Assembly: GCA_965153455.1 (NCBI GenBank)
Contig: OZ234493.1
Coordinates: 30,246,213 to 30,310,212, forward strand
Origin: Sphagnum compactum
Lineage: Eukaryota
Direction of reading: 5' to 3'
Length of the DNA stretch: 64,000 nt
The notes beneath the pieces are model-generated. The model saw only the letters and a list, made by a program, of their open reading frames with translations. It had not been told where the DNA came from and did no database searches. A program made the position numbers and the translations under genes. Shown here piece after piece: positions 14,601 to 28,470 of the stretch. Numbering within the stretch: position 1 is the first letter of the stretch; every line of letters begins with the position of its first letter.

Positions 14601-15588
14601 GAGTGTGGTTGGGTTGGGGGCATCGTGGTTTGGGAGAATTCAATTCATGGCAAACAAAATACTTTCTTTCATAGATTGTTGTTAACATTTAATGTTATTA
14701 CCACAAATACCATCACATTGAACATATATGTCATTTTCCCATGTAGGGTAACTACAAATCACAATGCAATAAAAATGCATTGAGTTTGGTTTCCCCTTAC
14801 GTATTCTTTGAAGAAAATAAATTGTTAATCAAACCACTTAATATTGTGATTTTTGCACGACACCAAAATTAGGTGACCATTTATAAAGCATTGACATCTT
14901 TCTCATTGTGATTGAATATCTCTCAAATAAGAAAATGTTAATGTGATATGGACACTTATATTTTGTGATATTTAACAATTACAAGCAAAAGCTTGAAATA
15001 GAATAAAACCCTCACTATTTTAATGGACACCAAAGCCATTCATCCCCTCCAAATATGTTAGACTAAATTTTTTCCTTAATGTCTCCCTTTTTTTCCCATT
15101 GCTTTGCCATCATTGCACTAAGGGTATTATCTACACATTCAAGCATATGAAGAAGTGGATCATAATTAAGTCACATAATTCTTATGGATTAATTTTTTTT
15201 CTATGTATAAATTTTGGAATAATTTGCATAGATTGTCAACATGACTTGGGTAGTTTGTTAATGAACATGTATAATATAAAAATTGCAAAGTTGGACCTAA
15301 TCTCTCTTCAAGGGGTTTTCATTAGTTAGTAGGCCTAAGTGTTTTGAAGCTAGGGACTTTTATGTTGTTATGCTAAAATGGGTGAAACAAAAACATCAAT
15401 AAATTAAGATATATATGCTCATATTTTGTCATAGGTGAACTCCATTTTTTCCGCCTCAATTTTATAAGGTCAAAAAGTGGCAAAATTTTCCTCCATATAC
15501 AAAAAAAAAATTTCCAAATATTTTCTTGCCAGCCCAAGGGCAACACAAAAATCCAATTAAAGATCCATGGTTGGAACCATCGAAGAAG

Positions 15589-15750
15589 AGACAAAAAGGG
15601 AAGACCAAAGAAAGGCCAAAAGATGCACAACCCATATAGGAACCAAGAACAAAGAAGTGACAAAAAGGGAAGACCAAAGAAAGGCCAAAAGATGCACAAC
15701 CCATATAGGAACCAAGAACAAAGAGGAGACAAAAAGGGAAGACCAAAGAA
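15589..15750 (+). repeat. 69-bp direct repeat (2.3 copies)
   Basis: acaaaaagggaagaccaaaga starts at 15591, 15660 and 15729. Confidence 0.9.
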
Positions 15751-16665
15751 CAGAGAATTTACAACAAATAATTAATCCCTTATATTTTTTGACGTCAAAA
15801 GTTTGCAAATTTTCACTGGGAGAAAAAAAAAACAAGGGGTGTGTCACACTGTTGTTGGTGGCCTTGCCATTTACATTAAAACGTATCCAAAGGCAAAAGA
15901 AGAAGAATTATGGAAACTCAAATTATTTTCACCATGCAAAAACACAATCTTCAAAAAAATCCTCTAAAAGAAACCAAAATCATTCCAGAATATTATTATA
16001 ACTCTAATGATAACTAATATCTCAAGTTTCAACAGAAGCCAAAATATGTATCATCTTTCAAAAATCCTCATATAAAAACAGACCTATTATCATTACCTAG
16101 TAGGGGCCTATAAAAATCCCTTAAGCTACTATACTCTATAATGAATCTAAACACAATATCCTTCTTGCCCTCTAAGGCAAGGCCAAAAAAAACCCGCCCT
16201 ATAGTCAGAAACAATGTTCTTTTAGTATACAATAGAACCATGACAAATTCAAACATATCAGTGTTGATCAATTATTTTTTTTATTTTTTAAATTTTCATG
16301 ATGAAAAAAACAAAACAAAAAAAAAACCCATTGCAAAATATATATATATACACTCTTAAAAGATTCTTTATTTTACTTGACAAAAAAATTTACTTTGAAA
16401 AAGCTATTGTTTGAATATTTCATTGTTTCCGAAAATATACATAATATAATTCATGTGGGAAGGAGCTGCCAAGGTAGTCAAAGAAAGACCAAATCTGAGT
16501 TTGCTGGGCTTCATCATCTTCTTGTGAAGTAACTTCACTCTCTTCTTCTGCTTGGAAAGTTGAATCACTCAATTTCCACCATCAAGTGCGTGTCGGCCCA
16601 CCACTATGTCGTGATATGTAATTGTCCCTTAGAGAGAGATTCTACCTTTCATTGGAGTCTTCTTA

Positions 16666-17580
16666 GGGTCAATTGCTCTTTCAAAAATGCATTGTCACTT
16701 ACAAGACATTTCCACCTTTGACCCTAAGCTTTGAAGGGTCAATTGCTCTTTGAAATGCATTGTCACATAAGAGAGATTATGCTTTTCACCCTAAGCCTTT
16801 GAAGCGTCAATTGCTCTTTGAAATGCATTGTCACATACGAGAGATTATGCTTTTCACCCTAAGCCTTTCAAGGGTCAATTGCTCTTTGAAATGCATTGTC
16901 ACATATGAGAGATTATGCTTTTCACCCTAAGCTTTGAAGGGTCAATTGCTCTTTGAAATGCATTGTCACATAAGAGAGATTATGCTTTTCACCCTAAGCC
17001 TTTGAAGGTTCAATTGCTCTTTGAAATGCATCGTCACATACGAGAGATTATGCTTTTCACCCTAAGCTTTGAAGGGTCAATTTGCTCTTTGAAATGCATT
17101 GTCACATAAGAGAGATTATGCTTTTCACCCTAAGCCTTTGAAGGGTCAATTGCTCTTTGAAATGCATTGTCACATACGAGAGATTATGCTTTTCACCCTA
17201 AGCCTTTGAAGGGTCAATTTGCTCTTTGAAATGCATTGTCACATACGAGAGATTATGCTTTTCACCCTAAGCTTTGAAGGGTCAATTTGCTCTTTGAAAT
17301 GCATTGTCACATAAGAGAGATTATGCTTTTCACCCTAAGCTTTGAAGGGTCAATTGCTCTTTGAAATGCATTGTCACATACGAGAGATTATGCTTTTCAC
17401 CCTAAGCTTTGAAGGGTTCAATTGCTCTTTGAAATGCATTGTCACATACGAGAGATTGTGCTTTTCACCCTAAGCTTTGAAGGGTCAATTTGCTCTTTGA
17501 AATGCATTGTCACATACGAGAGGTTGCGCCCCTTAGCCCTAAGCTTCTAAGGCTCAATTGCTCTGTCAATATACATTGTC
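16666..17580 (+). repeat. 67-69-bp minisatellite (~14 copies)
   Basis: Unit gggtcaattgctctttgaaatgcattgtcacata(a/c)gagagattatgcttttcaccctaagc(c)tttgaa. Central copies are near-identical and terminal copies are degenerate. Confidence 0.97.
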
Positions 17581-19055
17581 AAATTTTACATTGTCATATA
17601 GGATGATGAGTAAAAGCACACCAAATGATCATGTTAGTTGGGGAGTAGTAGTAGTAGTAGTAGTTCTGACATAATGTTTTGGTATATAGCATAATATATA
17701 GGGCAGTGGCTGCTGGCTCACAAAAGCCAATCATGAGGGGGCTTTCACAAACAGAATCCCCCCTACCCATTCTCACCTACTTGACAATCAGAGGTTCCAA
17801 AGGTTGGCATATTGCAATCATTCATTCCATGGCCTCATGATGATAGGTATACTCCATACACACTATGCATACCATACAATGGGACCTTCACCTTCTTTGA
17901 GTGTGGCCTGGCCCACTTTGTTGTGGGTTTTTTTTTTTTTGGGTTTTTCCTCCTCAATTTTTGTGATGTTTGTAACTGGTAAAACCAAACTAAACTCGAG
18001 ATGATCCACAAGAAGATTTAGCCACATTTGATTACCGTAGTACCTTGGTGGGCTTTGGCATAAATTAAATTATTTTTTAATCTGTTAAAATAAATTTTTA
18101 TTATTTTATAATCTGGTCAAATTTTTTTTTATGAATTTAGTTTTTAATTTGTAAAAATTTCGAAAAAGTTGCTTTTTAAGATATAAAAGTTTGATCTTTG
18201 GTCTTTTTGAAAAGGAAAACATAAAATAGAGAGGTTCACTTGACCACTAAAACAGGTCAAATTGTTTGAAACAATGGGACCCTACAATATAATTTATTCC
18301 TTCTTATTGAAAATTTTTAAATAAAAAATTCAAGCACTAGACCAGGAAATTAAAGTTAAAATTAATTATTTTGACATTCTTTTTTCTTTTTAAAAAACCC
18401 CATGAATCAATTTAGGGCCCATTTTTTCCACAAAAATATTGGGGTTTTTAGTTTTTTTTACTGGAAAGTGCTGGTTCATCCAAAGGGCTCATGAGCCCAC
18501 TCCCTACTTACATGGATGGGAAGAGTCACCCAATAAGCCAAGGTCAAACCAGTTGTGCACTCAATAGGGGTTCATCCACAACTGACTCATAATGGGCCCT
18601 CATGTGTGGACTATTTATTATTTCTCCAAGTCTCAATTCCATATGAATGTTTGTTTTGTCTCCCAAAGATCATTTTATTCCCCCAAATTTTTTTTAAATA
18701 AATAAATAAAACCAATACTTGAGCTTCACATTGTTGTGAGTGACAATCAATTGATTAAAATTGATTTTATTTTTTTGAGAAATAAGTTCCATTGAAATGA
18801 AAATATTGAACAGGGTTTTTTTTTTCCAAATCCTCAAGTGGAGTGGGTTTTGTTGCATTTTTTAAAAAATCACATGCCAAAAAAAACTAGTTAATTTGGT
18901 CAATTATTTGGATGAAAGATTCACAATAGAAACCTTTGTCCACACCAAATAATTATCTTTCATTTGAGATTCCTTGCAAAATTACTTTGGCTCAGCCTCT
19001 TTTTTTGATATCGGTGAAATCTTGCCAAAAAGTGAAACAAAAAAAATAAAATTGC

Positions 19056-19420
19056 AAAAATGAATTGATTTTGGAGGTTTTCTCTATTGCCAGAAGTGAG
19101 AAAAAAAGAAACAAACAATCACCAAATTTCTATATTTGTTTCAATTGTGTAGTCATAAATATAAAAGGTTAATTATAGATATTTGGTTTTATAGCCAGAT
19201 TTGGCTAAATCTTCCTAGGGATGATGGCCATGTTTTCTAAAAATGAATTGATTTTTGGAGGTTTCTGTTGCCAGAAGTGAGAAAAAAAGAAATAAAAAAT
19301 CACCGGATTTCTATATTTGGTTTCAATTGTGGCCATAAATATAAAAAGGTCAATTAAAGATATTTGATTTATAGCCAGATGTGGCTAAATCTTCCTAGGG
19401 ATGATGGCCATGTTTTCTAT
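19056..19420 (+). repeat. ~180-bp tandem duplication of an abundant dispersed repeat
   Basis: aaaaatgaattgatttt...ggctaaatcttcctagggatgatggccatgttttcta occurs twice. The ggctaaatcttc...gccac motif also appears near 6560, 7000 and 35870. Confidence 0.85.
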
Positions 19421-22106
19421 GTCTTCTTCCTATGGAATAATTGCCACTTAATCTACATTAAAAAAATTCCTTGGAAAAAAGGACTAGGCTACTTTGAAGG
19501 CTTGGATTAAAAGATTGACAACCCATTTGACCTTTGAATACTTCCTTGATGATTGCACATGGATGAGACATGGGTTGAGTTGGGAGAGGAAAGTGTGATC
19601 GACTTCGGCACAATAATCATTTGTAGGTATTACTACTTTTGAAAGTTCTGAAATTCTTAAGAACAAATCAACTGACAAGCTCAAAGGCTACCTAACATGT
19701 CCAAACCAGGTATCAAATCATCAGTTCACAATTGGTACGTGACCCAGTCTAGGCCAATTTAGGTGCATTTTGGAGGTTGCATTGAGTGTTTTGTAGGCCT
19801 TGCCAACCAAAGCAAGGAGGATATATTGTGTTTGGATTCACTATAGAGTATAGTAGCTTAAGGTATTTTGGCCCCTAGGTAATAATAGCTCTATTTTTAT
19901 ATGAGGATTTTTGAAAGATGATATTTTGACTTGTGGTGAAACTTGAGATCAGTTATAGAGTTATAATATCTCGAAGGATTTTGGTTTCTTTTAGGGGATT
20001 TTTTGAAGATTACATTTTTGCATGGCGAAATATTTGAGTTTCCATAATTCTTCTTTTGCCTTAAGCTACTTTTTAATGTAAATGGCAAGGCCACAATGTG
20101 ACACACCCCTCGTTTTTTCAATCTTGTGATATTGAAAATTTTGCCAAGTTTTTTTTTAAAAATAGCACAATTAGTTGAATTTACAATAGGGGAAAAAAAA
20201 ATCCAAAATGTTCCCATTCTTTTTATTGAAAAAGCAACACGATTTGTCGAAAAAGAATCACTCACTGCATTTGTGTAGAGTTGTGGGAGAACATATTTGT
20301 ACATATATATTCAGCACATGGAACCCATTGTTGCAATTTAATGTGCTCAATTTTATCTGGGTTTAGGGTTTGGCATTGTTGCAAGGTTCTATAAAGAAGA
20401 TGAAGGTGGAATATAATTGGTTTCATCTTAAATTTTTGTTGCCATTTTTTGTAATCATAATATTAAAACATGGCCCTAAGTCTATCATAATACATGCAAT
20501 AATAATATATTTTCTGATTTCAGTTTTTGTTGTCATTTGTTGGAATTGTAAATATTGAAATGTGTCCCTAGGTCTATCATATTACATGCCATAACACTTT
20601 ATAGTTACACAACACTCATTGTAGCTCTATTTAGCCAAATTTTCATCTTAATAAGGGTGATATTTGATTATTTTTATTCTAAAAAAATACATATATTTTA
20701 TTATTGGATCACACATCACATCAAATAAATGTGTTATTTCAAATAAAGGAAATAAGGAAAATAATTTCCTTCTGTTATTATTCAAAACCAAAAAAAGCCT
20801 CAAGAACACAATCACTTATTTTTTCTAGCTTGTTAACATTGAAATGGCTTGAACCTTCTTTTTTCTTAAACAGTGTGTTAGCTCTTTACCTTTGAAATAG
20901 TTTCAAATTTTGTCAGCCATGGAATTAGATTTAAATAAACTACAATTTAAAGTGATGAAAAAAGTTGACCATCCCTCATATAAGATGACTACCTATTTAA
21001 AACGCCAACACATGATATGTTAAATGTGAGGAAAAGTTTCTTTCAAAGTTTGCTTATAATTAGCCGAAAAGTGGTGTTTTGCAGTAGTTAAAACATTTTT
21101 ACTTTTTAAGTCTTAACCAACACATTTGAAGGCGTCTGTGTCAATTGATAACAATGGTGTTTAATTACCAATAACGGCATGACTCTAAGTGCCATTTGTT
21201 AACCAATCAAACACATTCCAAACCACATCCAACTTGCATTCTTTCTCAACATGCGTTCATGTTTCAAAAGATGTGCATGTCTGTGAATGAGGCTCCAATT
21301 AGGTGATCAACCCAAGGCCATTAACCCACACAAAACTTGTGGAGTCCATCAATGTGCAGTGTCAAAAAACTACACATTGATCACATAATTGTCCATTCCC
21401 AAAGTGTGAAGACAAACACCCATTGCTAAACTTGTGATATCTCAATTCTGAAAAACATCAATGAACTCAAAGGCACAAGAAATTGAGCAAAAGTTAAAAG
21501 AACTCACCAAGAAACTGCAAGCGCTGGTTGTCCGTCTGGCCCAATTGTCCATCTGGCCCAACCAAAATAAACCAAACAGCATACCAGTAGCTGTTTTGCA
21601 AGATACAATTAACATGAACACAAAATGACAAAAAACATTTATCTTAACAAAATAGATCTTGTTTTCCGAAAATTGTTACCATATCAGGAATCTCCATGTT
21701 CTCCCTGATCTGCCTCAATGCCTTCTTTGTAGTCCATCAGAAATTGAATCAACTGCAGTAAACAGCCCAAATCATGGATGTGTTGCAGAAAACTGTACCT
21801 GACATCCTCACAAGCTTCTTCAAGATACTGGATGTTGTTGACAAGTGCCTTCCACCTGGGATTTTATAACTGTTCTGAAAAATCCATTGAAACAATAATT
21901 GTGCTGTGGATGATACATACAGGATCCAGTACTCAAGAAAACCAATAACTGACCAGTATGGCCAGATGAACAGGGGAAGCTTTCAACCAAATCCAGCACC
22001 AAAGCTTGTTTGAAATAATGGAACTGTGACACAGCTAACTAATGTGGCAAGTAACCTGGCAATTCATGAAACTCATACATCTATGAAATTGAAGAGAAAT
22101 CTCAAA

Positions 22107-22388
22107 AACAACAACTTGAAGGTAATAGAACAATGAGTGCAGTCATAACCTTATGAAAGTGTCCCTCATAAAGTGTCAGATCATCACCTTCATCATGAAT
22201 AGTAGTGACAAGCTGCCATGACTACCCACTGACTTCATCAGCTCCTGATGGTGTGTAGATAAGTACATAACAAATCTTCCCAAGACTTCAGGCAAACCAC
22301 TGTACCAAACCTGTGTCCTAAGTTTCTGTTGTATATCAGGAAGTGACAGGAAGACTAAGTCATGATGTTGGGTAGCACTCAAGAGACA
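22107..22388 (-). repeat. Dispersed ~280-bp repeat (SINE/LINE-tail-like), copy 1
   Basis: Shares agtgacaagctgccatgactacccactgactt and gtcatgatgttgg.tagcactcaagagaca with 61087-61361. Confidence 0.8.
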
Positions 22389-22427
22389 ATTCATGAAACT
22401 TCTGTGCATCTCTGTATAGATTAGCCT

Positions 22428-23916
22428 TCACTTTTTGACACCAATGGCTGGCTTGAAGCTCCAACCAGACAGAAAAAGGTTGATAATTTCATCCGACTCA
22501 TCAGAGTCATCATTCAACAGAGACTTAGAACAATCTGTTGGCATTTGTCTTGCACTTTGAATGTGTGGATCTTTTGTGTTGCATTCTTTTCCTGGACTTT
22601 GATCTTCCATAATTTCATCCTGCAAATCCCCATGATTGTGCACATCGCATTCAGGATGCTCATCTGTGGAGTCTTCAGGAGATTTATCTTGAGGATGGCG
22701 AGGTGTTTCAACCACTGCATCCTCATTCATGGCTTGCTCATCATGTTTCTGTGCCTCCATTGAGCTTTCATTCTTTGCCACTTCATCCCCAATCATTCTT
22801 TTCTCCTCCACATCTGTGTCCAACTTGTAAATCTGTAACACTGAAGCATTTTCTTCACGAACCAAAAGATCCTTATCTCGAACTGTGCTGTCCCTGAGAA
22901 GCCAAGTGGACCCTGCCAGTGCTAAAAAATGACCAATGATGCACACAATAGGAACAAAAATCCACAATGACAAGACTTTATTCACCAAATTGAGAGCCTT
23001 GTCTGACTTGGTCTTCACCAAAACTTCGTAATCAACCAACATATCAGAAACAGCATGTGCCACCCCCTGCATGCGAAGTCTGTTTGTAACCTTCCAAGAG
23101 AGGACATGCAGATCCTGGGCTCTATACACAATCGCTGAGATACCTGGTGCTCGTTTCTCAACCTCATGACCAATCAAACACAACTGAATACACCAACAAC
23201 AGGTAGACTGTCAATACTAGGCTGGAAGCATGCAGAGACTGCAGTACAAATTGGTCCCTTCTAGCTTGCACATGGGTGGACTTGCATGGCAATAAATTTC
23301 TGACTGCACAAGAAAAATAGATTTGTATATTGTCTAATGCTGCAGCCAGCAGTGGTGGCAAGGATCTGGTCCTCACCAGATCACAAGAACACAACCAACA
23401 CATTGCACAGTCAAGTGCAATTTCTTCCGGGTATTATGGAGTGATAGCAAGGTATCCAGTGCACCTTTCTAGGTCAATCAGGCTTGTTGCCTCGCAAAAT
23501 TTGTAAACAAGGATCAGGAGGAATTTCAGATACATGGATGATCACAGCTGTTGGAGTTGTCTCTCAACAACCAAGTGTGGTACTTGGTCAGGTAATTGAT
23601 TGGAAACCTTGGCCCTCCCAAACAGAAAGGAAATAAAGTTTTGGAGAATAGAAGCAAAAATACCAGTAGAGAGTGAGAAAAACCTGATCATCAATGCAAG
23701 ACAGCAAATGCAAGCTTTGATTCTTCACACAGGTGACCAGTGGTTGCATGGGGGGGCCAATGATATCTTCAACTAGTTTGATTGTTGATCCCAATGGAAA
23801 TGGTAACTGCTTCACTTTTTGAAGGACAAAATGTGAAAGAGAGAACACTCTCAATCCTATTCCCTCCAGCAGCTTCGGCCTCTCTTGTATGGTACCATCA
23901 TCCTGTTCCAAACTCC
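22428..23916 (-). CDS. REF/SRPP (rubber elongation factor / LDAP)-like lipid-droplet protein; start codon in an unresolved upstream exon
   Basis: Exons 23916-23684 and 23183-22428 with canonical splice sites join in frame. PLGSTIKLVEDIIGPPMQPLV..LLSCIDDQ|LCLIGHEVEKRAP..RMQGVAHAVSDMLVDYE resembles the REF-domain pattern. A GC-rich putative 5' region lies at about 25.6-25.9 kb. Confidence 0.65.
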
Positions 23917-26826
23917 CTGTTAATCCAGTAAGCCACCTTGAACGTCCTACTTACCTCACAACAACTCTCCATGATACAATCACCACAAATCCTATTTTTA
24001 CTTGGATCAGAAGGAGAAATAGATTCTTAATTCTGGCAAGTCCTTCGGATGGACTCCTACAATGAGGTAGGGTCAAAAGAGATAGCAGCAGGAGTGCTGA
24101 GAGAGAGGAACAGGTTGATATGACAGGAGGGTGCTTACATCACCAAGAGAACAAGTAGGTGCTCTTGTTTCTGCTGAACCCATTTTGGAGCATGTGACCA
24201 CCGCTCAAAATGCAGACTGCCACAGACCAAATCCATGTGATTGACATTTATAGATAGCACAATGCACAGTTTCACTATAACACTTGCATGCCATATCAAC
24301 AGTCTTTGTTGGAACCAAGGCAAGCTTCCTCTTTCAAGCATTCCAAAGATGCTTAGATGACCTTACATTTGCAAAAGAATGCTCTTTTCACAAGTGAAAT
24401 GCTCAATGCAGAATATTTTCTGATGTATGCCTTATCAATATCTTAGAATTTCAAGGAATATATCAATTACTGCTCAACAAGTTTCCTACACACACACACA
24501 GCACAGATTTTACAAGTTCCTGAACAATTCCATATCCAATCTTGTAAAGCATCTTTTGCAGAAAGAGGGCGTGTTCAGGTCTGCAAGGCCTCACTTCAGT
24601 ACACAATATTCTGAAACAGACCAATGAACTTCAACTCTCTGTACTTATGAAGTTCTCTGATCTCAAAGATACAGGTCTTCTCTGCAGCAGAGGCAGAGAG
24701 ATACATACCCCTTCACAAACCTTGAATGCCCCTCAAGTGGTGTCAGGAAACAGTATTGGGAAAATACCACTCCACTCCACTTATCTGAAAACAGAAGACT
24801 CAACTTCAAAACCTTTCTTCAAGGTACTTGTCTCAACCTGCTCCATGCTTTCCATATCAAAGATGTGTTATGCAGCGTCCAATTTTATCAGGACTTGTAA
24901 ATTATTGAACTTCAGAAACTGAAATAAAAATTTACTCTAAACATCACCAGAAAACTTCTGAGAGAGGGGATGATGATCCTTGTCTGTAAAAGTTATAGAT
25001 AGCATCAAGAGAATATTATGCTTTTCATGTTCTGATATCACCACCGTTTTCCTTCTGCGCGACGCCCGCCTCAAAGGCAGAAACCTTGTACAGAGTGCAG
25101 TGACACTGACAATGATTTACAGAACGTCCGATTTGCAACTCTTGCAATCCCGGGTATAAAATCCATCAATGTCGCTACACACAACGCGTACATACTCGAC
25201 GATAAACCTCATTCTCTCACTTTCTTACTCACCCTGTGAAATTATTCTCTTTCCTCTCGTTCCACGGAAACACGAGGCATCAATTTCTCACTGTTGCTGC
25301 CTCGATCAATCTCGTGTTAGAGAAATAACAAGAATCGACTCCGAAACCACACTTGCAACAGAAATAGCGGACAAAACTCTACCAATGGATTGCGATTTCA
25401 TCAAAATACTCGTTCCGGAACTGCGCAAAAACGGGAGAACTTGTCCACAAAACAGCAGCAGAAAAGCATCATCAATTGATCATCAAGAGCCACAGAAACA
25501 TTTTTGGTTTTCGTAGACTTTCGTAAGAGTGCTGGAGAGCAAGTCTAAATGTTTGCTCAGGGGAGATGATGAATTCAAACGCAGCAACGAGCATGAAAAA
25601 GGAAAAAGAAATGAACGAAAACTCACCTCAAAGGTGGCGGAATTTTGCCGCTGAAAAGTTTCGAAGGAACTGTGGATTCCACCTCCGTCTCCGAGCGCTT
25701 GGAAACTTGCAATCGGGACAAGGAGCAAGGAGACGAGAGATCCACAACGCTCGCGTGTGCGCGGGCGGGCGGGCGGGCGGGCACGTCACCGATGAGCAAC
25801 GCAACGAGGCGAAGGCAGCGCACGGTGTGTTCGCAGCGATGGCGCGGAGGACCCGAGGAGGACGGGGGGCGAGCCTCGGCACTAACTCCCAAACCCCTTT
25901 TGGTGTCTGGCAGGGCAGCAGCCAAAAACTTATGCCCGCTTTGCTTGTTTTTGCTCTATGTATTTGCAGGTACTTTTATAAAGCGTAACAGACATGTAAA
26001 GCATTTTAAAAACACAATTCCATTTTGTAAGAGCATGAAAAGGAGGTAGGCATTCCATTTTTTATTCAAAATGCCCACTGTCATTTTATATTTTCTTCGT
26101 GTGATACCCATTGATGGGTATCATTCAAGTAGCTATTAAAAAAAATATCACGGGAGAAAAATAAAAAAACAAAACAAACAAACAAACAAACAAACAAACT
26201 TTATGAAATTCAATGACCCTGGGCTAAGCCGCCGCTAAGGTGTTTCCCAAATTAACTAACAGGCCTGTTATTTTAGGAACACCCCCAACTCCTCAGGCAT
26301 TCATTACCCTACCTACACTTTATTCAAGTGCTAATAGAAATCGAAAGTTGAGTAGGATTGACTTGTCATTAAATCTAAATGTAAACAACTCCCTTTTTAT
26401 TTCTATGTGTACTTTGAGGGGTCTCCCCCAGCAGCAGAAGAACCCTACGGTGTTATGCCCCGGGAGCTCCTCAATTTTCTATGTTCCCAAGTTCCCAGGG
26501 AAATATTTCTTTCCTACAAAATTTCTTGATTCAAACTAGATGTGACCCCAGTACAGCACTATTTGGCAGGTACTTATTAGAGTTATCTGTAAAGTAACCC
26601 TGTCTTCACCCAGTCTTTGGGCCTCCTTTCACCCCCTATCCCCTCTTTCAGTGGTATCCGCAAAGTATAGACATTTGATTAAATCTCAGTATGAAATGCT
26701 GAAAATCAGCATTTAATGCACGAGGTCGTCCGAGACTAAATAATTGTACATAGTAGTTGTACAGTTAGTGAAAATATATGCAGCGGCAGTGGAGACGCTC
26801 AGGAAAGAGGAAAGACAGGATGAAAC

Positions 26827-28345
26827 TCAGTTTACCACCAAAATTGATGGTTCATTCACCTCTCTTGGCACGGGCTCGACTGCAACCAGATACGTTCCCT
26901 TTATGCCTGATGCTTCTGCCGCAGCAAATGTTTTAGGCAGTGTCATTGGAGATGCAGACGCGGAAGTTGGCGAATTTGTCGACGCTTCTTCTAATAGCAA
27001 CTGCCGAAATTGCTTAGAATTTATGAACAATTGCTTACTTAGAAACTGTTGAGCTCAGATGGAGAACTGCGGAGCATGGTGAAGAACGTCCTTCCGCAGC
27101 CTGCATACCATTACCGAGCCAGTCAGAGTATACCACCAACCTACATTGGCAGAACTGATCCCTTGAACCTTCCGCACCTCCCGCCTGTTGGAGATAATAT
27201 TCTGCACGCTCCAAGTACGCTAGAACCGTTTCTTCGCCGTGCACACTCGACGTAAGGAACTGCTTGATATTTTCTGCTGCAGATTTGAGCAGATTATTCC
27301 ATACTTGGAAGGGCTCCAAATTACTGGCTGTTTTGTCATTCGAGTGAATAATGAATTTCCACCATCTACGGCAGCTTTCAAAGCTTCTTTCACCCTCTGT
27401 GTTCCGTTTCAGAGCTGCCTCAGAGTGTCCTGTTGCTCCAATTGCCTTTGCGGCCTCCGTCAGTATCCAAAAGCGTTGCTCCGCGGAGATCCTAACCACC
27501 CCTAGTCGTAACAGTAGATTACAAGTCCCGATGGCTTCCGCCAGCTTTTACATGCTAAGGAGGCGCGTGATGTGGACAAGCTCCATTTCAGCCAGAAGGT
27601 GCTCTGGCTCCGGCAGCCCACCTCATGATCCTTTGCAAGAGAACGAGCGCGCTGAAGGTAGGCAGTGGCTGTCTCGTGTTTTCTCCTTTCGATAGCGAGA
27701 TCAGCCAGCTCGCGTGCCAGGTCCCAGGATAGCGATACTCCAACACCGTCCGCAAGTGTCTGGACGCATGAAGCCAACTGCTCGAGGAGGTCACTACTGT
27801 CGGCTACAGCTACCTGCCGCACCACAAAAGCTTCAATTGGCCAGAGCTCCTCGGAGGTCCCTGCTTCACCTGGCCACATGATGTCGATTTCACAACCATA
27901 ATTTAGACGAAGATGGCTAATATGATTCCTGGCGCACAGCAACACCAAGAACACTTATGGCTGATTATATGCTTTTATTACCTTGTACATCTTCCAATTC
28001 TGCTAGGATCCTGTCAGTATTGAATCTGTGAGATCGGACCATGATGCGAGCTGCACGGATTTTGGCTTCAAATGCAATGCCTATCTGGCCCAAGTCAGCT
28101 CCGACATTGGCGATGGTGTAAAATAGTGTCAGCTGCTGCTCGTCTATTCGTTTCCTTGGAGTCCACCAGCAGAAAACACGCTGCCATCGCTGCCCGTGGT
28201 GCGCCATTGTTGTTGAGGACTGATGACGCGGCATGCTCCAATAGATCGCATGCTCCGAGGTATTGCAAATCTGATTGCTCGTCCGGCTGCCAGCGAGAAG
28301 CAGCAAAAAGAATTGCCTAATGTGCGCTTTGTCCGGGTTTGACAA
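26827..28345 (-). pseudogene. Disabled gene for an unknown alpha-helical (TPR-like) protein
   Basis: Coding-like composition and one GT-AG intron (~27981-27870). Helical segments such as LARELADLAIERRKHETATAYLQRARSLA and ETVLAYLERAEYYLQQA are broken by frameshifts (~27620, ~27170) and in-frame stops. Confidence 0.5.
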
Positions 28346-28470
28346 TTTTGGAGTTAGGGTTCAAAGATTAGTTTGCAAATGTAAAGCTTTTTGGAAGTTT
28401 TTCATCATTTTTTATTTTGTGAATCGCAATATTTTCTTTTCTTGCTTTGGAGCCATCAATGGCATTTGGG

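Larger units (their letters stand above)
15832..20116. repeat. Pair of ~350-bp inverted repeats (15832-16192 / 19788-20116)
   Basis: ggggtgtgtcaca...gtggccttgccatttacattaaaa...aagaattatggaaactcaaat...ccttaagctactatactctata recurs as its reverse complement about 3.6 kb downstream. Confidence 0.85.

Noticed and set aside
16530-16556. miR156/529-like sequence (agaagaagagagtgaag on the minus strand)
   Set aside because: Only partial similarity and no fold-back partner seen.
16666-17580. CRISPR-like appearance of the 68-bp array
   Set aside because: The whole unit repeats with no unique spacers, there are no cas genes, and the context is eukaryotic.
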